A stretch of DNA of 64,000 nt from Alphaproteobacteria bacterium (GTDB taxonomy: Bacteria; Pseudomonadota; Alphaproteobacteria; UBA9219; RFNS01), in NCBI GenBank assembly GCA_037200005.1, contig JBBCGY010000001.1, positions 42,416 to 106,415 of the forward strand, given 5' to 3'. A program made the position numbers and the translations under genes. Below the pieces are notes generated by a model. The model made no database searches. It was not told the origin of the DNA and saw only the letters and a program-made list of their open reading frames with translations. Positions within the stretch are counted from its first letter, which is position 1; every line of letters starts with the position of its first letter. Shown here one piece after another: positions 8,504-17,800 of this stretch.

Positions 8504-11500
8504 ATGGTCGCTGACATTCAATACACCCAGCCGGAACCGAATTATGACGGATTCCGCGAAGCGCATGTTGAAGAAGCAACTTTCGATTGGCTCTCTGGGC
8601 TTGGCTGGACACTCGCGCATGGGCCGGATTTGGCACCGGAAGGCAAAGCCCCGGAGCGGGCCAGTTATGGCGACGTGCTGTTGTTGGGGCGGTTGAGGAC
8701 AGCCTTGGCCGCGATCAACCCGCAACTCCCCGCCGATGCGATTGACGACGTGGTGCGTAAGATTATCGCAGTCGAAATGCCGTCTTTGGTCGAAGAAAAC
8801 CGGCGCTTGCATAAACTGATGGTCGATGGCGTGGCTGTGCAATACATGCAGGCCGACGGCACGATCAAAAACGACATCGCGTGGCTGATCGACTGGGAAA
8901 ACAAAAAGAACGATTGGCTGGCCGTCAATCAATTCACGGTCATCGAAGAACGCAACAATCGCCGCCCCGACGTGGTGATGTTTATCAACGGTTTGCCCCT
9001 TGCCGTTATTGAATTGAAGAACGCGGGAGACGAAAACGCGACAATCGAAGGCGCGTTCCGCCAGACGCAAGCTTACAAGCAATTGATCCCTTCTCTGTTT
9101 CGCACGAACGGCATACTGATTATTTCCGACGGACTGAAAGCCCGCATCGGCAGCCTGACCGCAGATTATGAGCGTTTCATGCCATGGCGCACGGTGGATG
9201 GGGCCGGTGTCGCGGCCAAAGGAACGCCCGAATTACACACAATGATTCACGGCGTTTTTGAGCAAGGGCGTTTTCTGGAGTTATTGCGCCGGTTCACCGT
9301 GTTTCAAAGCAACGGCAAAGATATTTTCAAAATCGTAGCAGGATATCACCAGTTCCACGCCGTAAAGCTCGCCGTTGCCAGCACCATCGACGCAACGGCC
9401 AGTGAAGGAAATCGCAAAGTCGGCGTCATCTGGCATACGCAAGGATCGGGCAAAAGCCTGTTGATGGCATTTTATGCGGGCAGCGTGATTGCCAATCCTG
9501 CGATGGCCAATCCGACTCTGGTTGTGCTGACCGACCGGAATGATCTGGACGACCAGCTTTTTTAACACTTTCAGCCTATCTCGTGATCTTATCCGCCAGA
9601 CGCCCGCGCAAGCGGGAGATCGCGATGAATTGCGGAAGCTTCTGGCGGTATCATCTGGCGGCGTTATCTTTACGACCATTCAAAAATTTCTGCCCGCTGA
9701 TAGTGAAAAAACTTTCCCGCTGTTGACTGACCGCAAGAATGTCATCGTCATCGCCGATGAAGCGCACCGCAGCCAATATGGCTTCAAGGCCAAGTTGGAT
9801 AAAAAGTCGGGCGAATTAGCTTATGGTTTTGCGAAACACCTGCGCGATGCGCTGCCGAATGCGTCCTTCATTGGCTTTACAGGAACGCCTATTGAGAAAG
9901 CAGATGTCAATACGCCCGCCGTATTCGGCGATTATATTGATGTCTATGATATTCAACGCGCGGTCGAAGACGGCGCGACGGTGCCAATCTATTACGAAAG
10001 CCGCCTAGCCAAACTCCAGCTTGACGAAGAGGAAGTCAAAAATCTTGATGCTGAGGTCGAAGAACTGACCGAAGACGAAGAATCCAGCGAGCGCGAGCGT
10101 AAGAAAAGCAAATGGTCGCGCGTTGAAGCCCTGTGGGAGCCGAAACACGCTTGGCTCAAGTAGCCGCCGATATTGTTCAGCATTTTGAGAACCGTATCAG
10201 CGCCTTAGACGGCAAAGGCATGACCGTATGCATGAGTCGCCGTATTTGCGTGGCGCTCTATAACGAGATTATTAAATTACGGCCCGCATGGCATTCAGAC
10301 GATGACGCGCAAGGCGCTATCAAGATTGTGATGACGGGCAATATCGCCAACGATCCGCCTGAATGGTTGAAACATACGGGCAGCAAGGCGCGCCGTGATT
10401 TCCTGGCAAAGCGGGCGCGCGACGCTAAAGACCCGCTAAAACTTGTTATCGTTCGTGATATGTGGCTTACGGGCTTTGATGCGCCCTGCATGCACACGAT
10501 GTATGTCGATAAGCCGATGCATGGTCATGGCTTGATGCAGGCCATTGCCCGTGTAAATCGCGTATTCCGCGACAAGCCAGGCGGCTTGATCGTTGATTAT
10601 ATCGGGATTGCCCATAATCTGAAACAAGCTCTCTCTATTTATTCCCCCGGCGACCGCGAAGAAGTCGGCATTGACGAGCAGCAAGCCGTCGCAGAGATGA
10701 TGCGCCGCTATGAAATCGTCCGGGATATGTTTTATGGATTCGATTATATGCGCGCGCTGCACGGCACACCGGCTGAACGCTTAGTGCTGATGGCCGAGGC
10801 TCTGGAGTGGATTCTCGATTTGCAGCAACGTGAAGCTGCAAAAGAACAGACCGAACAAGCCAGGAAAGAGGTGCGCCGCAAATTCTCAGACGCCGTTGTT
10901 GGCTTATCGCGCGCCTATGCGCTGGCCGCAACCTCGCCAGAAGCGGGGAAAATTCGTGATGAAGTCGGTTTCTTCCAGGCTATTCGTGCAGCCCTGGCAA
11001 AAAATGAGCCGGGCAAAGGTAGCACACAGGCGGAAATCGATGTGGCCGTCCAACAAATGGTCAGTCGTGCCGTGGTGTCAACGGAGATTGTCGATATTCT
11101 GGCGGCGGCAGGCATTAGAACCCCGGATATATCCATCCTCTCAGATGAATTTCTGGCAGAAATTCAAGGCATGAAGAAGCGTAACCTTGCATTGGAAGCC
11201 TTACAGAAACTCATCAATGGAGAAATAAAATCCCGCATCAAATCGAACGTGGTGCAATCTAAGAAATTCAGCGAACGACTGGAAGCCGCCGTCCGGCGCT
11301 ATCATAACAACGCTATAACTGCCGCGCAGCTTTTGGAGGAGCTGATTGCCATCGCAAAGGATATTAAAGCTGACCGCGAACGAGGAGAAGAACAAGGACT
11401 TAGCGAAGAGGAAATCGCTTTTTATGATGCTCTGGCTGAAAATGAAAGCGCATTGCAGTTGTTGGGCGATGAGAAATTACGAGTGATTGCTACTGAACTG

Positions 11501-11680
11501 GTTGTCTCCGTTCGCAATAATGTGTCTGTTGACTGGATGCACCGCGATAGCGCCCGCGCCAAGTTGCGCATCGAAGTCAAAAAGATTCTCAAGAAATATG
11601 GCTATCCGCCAGATTTACAGGATGCAGCGGTGCAACTGGTGTTGCAGCAGGCCGAAGTTTTGGCCCCACTCTGGGCATAA
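8504..11680 (+). pseudogene. hsdR: Type I restriction endonuclease subunit HsdR, split into three ORFs by two frameshifts (~9560 and ~10140)
   Basis: Three successive overlapping ORFs (8504-9565, 9540-10163, 10133-11680) together cover a ~1058-aa HsdR: N-terminal nuclease region, DEAD-box helicase motifs ([12 protein letters not shown]) and C-terminal domain. The first shift is in a T7 homopolymer (DQLFF|NTFS). Confidence 0.85.
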
Positions 11681-11772
11681 CAATCGCTGACGGCGATCTT
11701 TGGAATTCTATGTAAGAGGCTGCAACAGGTAAGGCCAGATTATGACCGAGAGGAACGAAGATTCTTAAACAA

Positions 11773-12903
11773 TCAAAGCGCCAGCCGGGGCCGGATTAGC
11801 GACAAAGGCCGGGCAGTGGAAAGCTGGAGGCCAACAGCTTCGTTTGGAACATTGGAAAAATCGGTAATAAGCGGCAGCATGGCGTTAGGGCCAAGGGCGC
11901 GTGGTGAGGCACCTAGTTCTTTAAGAGCGGAAACAATTTCCGGTTCATTTAGCGCATGAATGCGCATAAGGGGTTGCGTAGTGTCAGGAATCCATTTCCT
12001 GCGCGAGACTTCATCGCGGCCCGTCGAGATAAGTGCCGCGACCACGTCCTTGAGTTTGTCGCCTTTCGGCAGATTGCCGTTGCTGGTGATTTGAGCGCGG
12101 ACAATCGGCTCGCCCAGGAAGGTCGAAATGGCTTCCGTAAAACTGGCGGCGATTTTCTGATTGCCGTCCTCACTTTGCCAATTCGCCAGGAACACATTTG
12201 GCAAGCTGGAGTCTTTGCCGGGTTTCGCGGCGAAGTCCGCGAGCTGGATTGCAACTCGTGAGCGGCCCGTTTCAATGGGCGCATCGCCGATAAATTCCAG
12301 AACGGCGCTATCGTCCGGCGCTCCCATCGTCGCACCGAGTTTCTTGAAGATGCCGGTCATGGCCGCATTGCCGCCCGCATATTCGCCGACGCGGCCGCGC
12401 GAGACGAGGCCATAGGGCGAATAGCCTTGTTCGCGGCTGACGGATCGCCGGATTTTCTCGTAGATAAAATGCGAGCCAAGTCCAATGCCATTCGGGTATT
12501 CCGCGCTTTTTGTGCGATTACGGAATTCCTGGGATAGTTCCGGCGACACATAGGTATCTTCGCCATAGATAGCAGGATAATGGCGGAAATCCCGGCCATT
12601 GCGTTCCGTGAGAACGGTCGGAAACTCGATTGAGCCACCGGCGAGTTTGGGGCTGCAATTTTCCCACTCCACGATGGCGAAATAAGCCTGAATTTTATTT
12701 TTCTTGATGGCCTCGATAACTTTGCCGAATTTGGCGTTATCAGCGGACGCTCCATGCGTCACGGCTTCACTTTCGACGATTCTATAAAGAATCTCATCAA
12801 GCGCCATATGATGAACGACGTCCGTACCGTTCATGCGCACGATGCTGGCTTTGGCGTTTCCCGGCAGCAGACCGGGCATATTATCGAGCGCAACGGAAGA
12901 CAT
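11773..12903 (-). CDS. uncharacterized conserved protein (376 aa), paralogue of 24000-25298
   Basis: Shares HYPAIYGEDT, YPNG(I/L)GLG, GxVSxGRVxEYxG and KxGAT motifs with the 24000-25298 ORF. It overlaps the upstream XRE regulator gene by 4 bp, so the two are co-transcribed. Confidence 0.6.
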   Translation of the reverse strand: MSSVALDNMPGLLPGNAKASIVRMNGTDVVHHMALDEILYRIVESEAVTHGASADNAKFGKVIEAIKKNKIQAYFAIVEWENCSPKLAGGSIEFPTVLTERNGRDFRHYPAIYGEDTYVSPELSQEFRNRTKSAEYPNGIGLGSHFIYEKIRRSVSREQGYSPYGLVSRGRVGEYAGGNAAMTGIFKKLGATMGAPDDSAVLEFIGDAPIETGRSRVAIQLADFAAKPGKDSSLPNVFLANWQSEDGNQKIAASFTEAISTFLGEPIVRAQITSNGNLPKGDKLKDVVAALISTGRDEVSRRKWIPDTTQPLMRIHALNEPEIVSALKELGASPRALGPNAMLPLITDFSNVPNEAVGLQLSTARPLSLIRPRLAL

Positions 12904-12905
12904 GA

Positions 12906-13556
12906 TTATATTTTCCCCTTGTCGTCGGGGATCGAAGCATTTTCCCAGAATGATTCAAATTGCTCGACATATCTTTCGGCCAAGGGCTTGGAGTGTATCG
13001 AAACGACTTCGACATTATGATCGCTGCGATGCACCGCCTGGGCGATATAGTCATTATAGACGTAATAGGGAATGAGGATTTTCGTCGTCTTATCCAGCCA
13101 GCGATATTCGCAATAGCTGGCGGAGAAATTATAGTCGCCATCCAGGATAAGAACGCGGGCGTCAAGATTCGGAAGCTTGCTCATTCTTTCCATATGCTCG
13201 GTCGCATAATCTTGCGCATAGGAAAGGGTCTTGCCGTCGCTGGAATTAAACTGGCGAATGCGTCCACCGTCTTTCAGCGTTTCGTATATATGATCGAGGA
13301 ATTGTCGGTATCCGGCTTTGCCCGAAAAAACCCTGACTTGGTTTCTCCGCATCCGAACGCCCTCGTCATCCAGGAATTCGACGCCGTGCCGGTCGAAAGC
13401 ATTGGTTATGCTGGCGATGGTCTTCTCATGCGGTTGTACCGTATCGGCCTCGATTTTGCTCACGGTCACGCGGGTAAGCCCGGCCTCCCTAGCCAAGTCT
13501 TCCGCTTTCCATTCCAGTAAGCTGCGCGCTGCGCGAATTTGACGCCCGGTAATCAT
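12906..13556 (-). CDS. XRE-family HTH transcriptional regulator with ~150-aa C-terminal domain
   Basis: N-terminal HTH_XRE (IRAARSLLEWKAEDLAREAGLTRVTVSKIE). It is the first gene of a two-gene minus-strand operon. Confidence 0.7.
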   Translation of the reverse strand: MITGRQIRAARSLLEWKAEDLAREAGLTRVTVSKIEADTVQPHEKTIASITNAFDRHGVEFLDDEGVRMRRNQVRVFSGKAGYRQFLDHIYETLKDGGRIRQFNSSDGKTLSYAQDYATEHMERMSKLPNLDARVLILDGDYNFSASYCEYRWLDKTTKILIPYYVYNDYIAQAVHRSDHNVEVVSIHSKPLAERYVEQFESFWENASIPDDKGKI

Positions 13557-13827
13557 AAAGTTAGCACTAGCATATGGTTTAGTTAAAAATAGATAACAAT
13601 CGAGATAACTAAAATTGGCAATAACATATTAATATTTGTAAAAACATGCCCTGTCAATTCAGAAACATTAGTTTCATGTAAAATTTACTGATACCATAAG
13701 TATATTCTTCTTGATTCCCAGTCGGCTTTGCATTTATGTTCCCAAATATTGGTAATGCCTAATGGTTGAAATTAGCTCGATTAAGCCATTTAAAGCGATT
13801 TTCAAGGGGAATTTCAGATGACCAATT
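13557..13827. promoter_or_regulatory. AT-rich (~30% GC) divergent promoter region between the XRE operon and the rhs regulatory cassette
   Basis: A 270-bp non-coding stretch with strongly depressed GC, flanked by divergently transcribed operons. GAAGGGGA lies ahead of the first small ORF. Confidence 0.5.
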
Positions 13828-13991
13828 CATTTAACGCTTATGTCATGCGCCAGGGCGAACCGGCCATTACCGCCATCATCGAAAATTGGGAAAGGCTTGT
13901 CGGCTTGCGGGCCGAGGCCGAAACGCCGCTTGAGCAGCGCTGGGCGGCGATGATGCATGGTTATGAGCCACAGGCAATGGCAGTCGCATGA
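13828..13991 (+). CDS. small ORF (54 aa), first of four translationally coupled genes
   Basis: Not in the ORF track because it is under 60 aa. RBS AAGGGGA. Its stop overlaps the next start as ATGA. Confidence 0.35.
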
Positions 13992-14278
13992 GCCGGAAAG
14001 CCGAAAAACCTTTCAGCCCGGTTGACGAGATGCAGCTTTCTCAGCCGATGGGCAATCGAACCGCCGAACATTTCCGCGATGCCCTGGATGATTTGGAGCA
14101 TGAGGCGACCGCGCAGGACGCAAAAATAAAGCAATTGCGCCAAGCTATTCTGCAACGCGCACAAGAACTCGACACTACCGTTTGCCAATCCTGGCTGGAT
14201 TCAGAAATCGAAAAAGCGGACCACCTCGCGTTGGAAGCGCGGCTGGAAAAACTCATCAAGTTCCTATCGGAAAAATGA
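13988..14278 (+). CDS. small hypothetical protein (96 aa), helical/charged
   Basis: ATGA-coupled to both neighbours. Confidence 0.5.
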   Translation: MSRKAEKPFSPVDEMQLSQPMGNRTAEHFRDALDDLEHEATAQDAKIKQLRQAILQRAQELDTTVCQSWLDSEIEKADHLALEARLEKLIKFLSEK

Positions 14279-14493
14279 TGATGGCGAATTTTCATGAACG
14301 CCCCATGACATATAAAAAGCTCGTCGCTCGTTACGGCCATGACATGGCTTTCGATTTACTCGTCACTATCGAGAGCCTTGCGAAGATTAAGCACGACATC
14401 ATCGAGATCAACGAAGAAATTCGTCTGCAACGCGCGCTGGAAGTTTTGGACGAGGCGGAATTCGGACAGGCAGATAAAGGCGGGGTCAAATGA
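14275..14493 (+). CDS. small hypothetical protein (72 aa)
   Basis: Starts MMMANF. ATGA-coupled on both sides. Confidence 0.5.
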   Translation: MMMANFHERPMTYKKLVARYGHDMAFDLLVTIESLAKIKHDIIEINEEIRLQRALEVLDEAEFGQADKGGVK

Positions 14494-14738
14494 TTTCCGG
14501 TAATAACATACCCAATAAAAAGCTTGCGCCGCGTGAAATCGAAGTCATGACCTTAACGGCGCGTGGCAAGACGACCACCGAAATTGCAATGCTTCTCTCG
14601 ATTGCCGAGGATACAGTTAAGACTCACATCAAACGATCCTGCCAGAAATTGAACGCGGCCAATAAAACACACGCCGTTGCTCTCGTTATGGCTCGCGGCA
14701 TAATAGAATGTTCCTGTTGTCACCCGAAAGGGGGATAG
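14490..14738 (+). CDS. stand-alone LuxR/GerE-type HTH transcriptional regulator (82 aa)
   Basis: LuxR-type HTH signature (LAPREIEVMTLTARGKTTTEIAMLLSIAEDTVKTHIKRSCQKL). It lies directly upstream of rhs. Confidence 0.7.
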   Translation: MISGNNIPNKKLAPREIEVMTLTARGKTTTEIAMLLSIAEDTVKTHIKRSCQKLNAANKTHAVALVMARGIIECSCCHPKGG

Positions 14739-14820
14739 AACTGCATTTTTATTTGCGCTACATAGTTGCGGCGCATTGGCGATGAAGTTAGAGTAAATTT
14801 TCGCGAAGGGGAGAACGGCG

Positions 14821-17800
14821 ATGGTGGCACCTGCGAAGAAATTTCACGAAGCGAACGGCGAACTCACCAATGAGGCAGGGGCAACGCGACCGCCGCTCTC
14901 GAGGAACAGCCTCTGGCGGACACTGCGCCCCGGGATCTCGGTGGGAGTAAGCCTCGCGGCAGTCGTCGCTTGCGAAAGCGGCGAACCCAACGCTTCAAAT
15001 GACAACATCGTTTCGATTTCCCAAGCGATAGGCTCTGCGACAATCTATAGCTTGCCTACCAATGTTTTGATGCCCAATGCCATCAATAATCAAAATCTCA
15101 TTGTGGGCCAGGGTCTGCCTTCGATCTATGATGCCAACACGGGAACATTTAGTAGCCTTGAAGTAAACCAGCCTTCGGGGGCGGTCACTTCCTATGCAAT
15201 TAGCAATGCCGGTCACGTTGTCGGCAATTCATTCAATGTTGGGCCGGTTTCCAATTCGGCGTTCATTTCACAGGGCGGACATTTGTCCGATCTATACGCC
15301 GGCAACAACAACGGGGTGACCAGCGTCGCTTACGGCGTCAACAATTATGGCCAAGTCGTCGGCACGATGCCGGTGACGGTCAACGATGCGAACAATAGTC
15401 CACATCCTTTCACGCATGCGTTCTCGTGGCAGGGCAGCGTTACAGACCTTACACCGAACTACTATGGAAATTCAGCCGCCTATGGCATCAACGATGCTGG
15501 GCAGATCGTGGGAACGATAGGAACTGCGGGGGTCAAGTGGCAGGGCGGATCGTCAAGCACGCTGCCGAGCGGCACCAGCACGCCCGCCATGATCAACAAT
15601 GTCGGTCAGATCGTCGGGACATATAGTTCAGGCGGTTCGTCGCACGCTTTCCTTGTGCAGAGCGGCACCCTGACCGATCTCGGAGCCATACAGGGAAGCA
15701 CACCTGTGAGGATCAACAACAAAGGACAAGTTACGGGCGGCTTCTACAACACGGGTGCCGGACAATATTACCCGAGCGTCTGGCAGAATGGCGTCGTGGT
15801 TACGATTCCCACTCTGTCGGGCATTCCCGCAGGCTGGTCTATCACGTCGATAAACGGCATCAATGACAGCGGAACCGTCGTAGGGCAAGGCACGCTTTCG
15901 GGTTCTTCACGGGGTTTTTACCTAACTTCGCCGCAGCTTCTGAACTACGCCATTGCCGGAAAGCCCTACGATCCGAAAGCGAATGGTGGTGAGGATTCGG
16001 CGTCAACCCCGACAGACGATCTATGTGGAACTCATGGCATGTGTGTGCCCAACGCGCAATTGCTGTCGGCCAGCTTGAATTTGAACGATACGCCGATTGG
16101 GTATCAGCCGCCCAAAGGGCCACCAGCCTATATCCGGCTTACATATAATCATCGTGACAGTGTCGCGCCCAGCAGCACTTCCTCGCATGTTGGGCCAAAC
16201 TGGACTCTGAATGTCATTTCTTACATTCAGGATGATCCGGCCAGCCCGGGCCAGAGCGTCACGCGCAACGTGGCGGGCGGCGGTATCGTCGACTACACTT
16301 TTGAGGCAGGGCAGTTCAATACCACCACGGGTGCATTCGGGCCGGAGAAGCAAACCGGGGCGATCTTGAAACGGACTCCCGCGACAGGGTTCAGCGCCAG
16401 TGCTTCCTATGAGCTTTCCTTTCCCGATGGGGCCAAGCAAATATTCTCCTACCCGGATGGAAGCTTCAATTATCCGCGCCGCGCATTCCTGACGGATATC
16501 GTTGATGCCTCAGGCCAGGGCCTGCATTTTGGCTACAATTATCTTCAAGGAACTTTCGGCGCGATCAATTGCACGCCGGGATGTCCGCAACTGCAATCAG
16601 TTTCTGATGCTAATTTCCGTGCAACAAACTTCGTCTACGGTGACGCATCTAATGTCTTGCGCGTGACGCGGATTAATGACCCGTTCGGGCGTCACGCCGA
16701 TTTAGCTTATGATGGCAGCGGACGGCTTTCGTCAATCACGGATGTGATCGGCATTCAATCGTCTTTCACCTATGACACCACCGACCCTACTTTCATCAAA
16801 AAGCTAACGACACCCTATGGCGATAGCAATTTCGTCTTTGGGCAAGATACGGCGACGGATCGTCGTTGGCTCACACTCTCCGATGCCGTGGGCAATACGG
16901 AAAAAGTGGAATACCGGGGCAGCAGCGCCAGCGGCATAGCGGCGTGCGACAAAAACACGAGCGATGCGTCGTGCAGTGTCTCGACCTCCGTGCCGACAGG
17001 CATGCCTAACGGCATCAATAACGCCGATCTCGACAAGCGCAACACCTTTGTCTGGAACAAATGGATGTATGCGAATGGCTATGGCAGCGATTACACGCAG
17101 GCGAATGTTACCCATTGGCTCAAGGACGGTGCGGGCAATCCCGTGGGGATTCCGGAAAGCGTCAAGCCGCTGTACGAATCCCGCATTTGGTATAATTATC
17201 CCGGCCAGAACGATCCTAGCACCCCAGGAACCCTGTCTGTGCCGAGGGCGACGGGCCGCGTGATCACCGATCCGCTTTACGGGCAAGCGCCGCAGAATCA
17301 GGTTTACCAAAGTCAATATAACAGCCTCGGCAAGCCCACCTTGACCGTCGATCCCTACAAGGTTTCAGGCAACAACAATGAAGGCCGAACTACACGCATG
17401 ACCTATGATGCCTCCGGCGTCGATCTTTTGACGGTGGAACAGAAAACCGGCAGCGGAACGCCGGGGACATGGGCGACGATTGCTTCCTACGTCTATACCG
17501 ATCCGACAGAACAGCCCACATCGATCCACAAACCGATCCGCTATACCGACGCGGCGGGGCAAACTTATAAATTCAAATACAATGGCGACGGCCAATTGAT
17601 CTATGCCGCCAATCCCTACAACGATACGACGTATAATGAATATCATCCGTCCGGCAAGCTCCTGCGGACGACCATGCCTGTGCCGAGCGTAAACTGGAAT
17701 ACCATCGATTATGGAACCGATATTAACGGCGCGCCGACGGGGGCGAGCAACAGCAGCGCCCTAAGGGACACCGCCATTACCTACGACTCCGCCGATCGTC

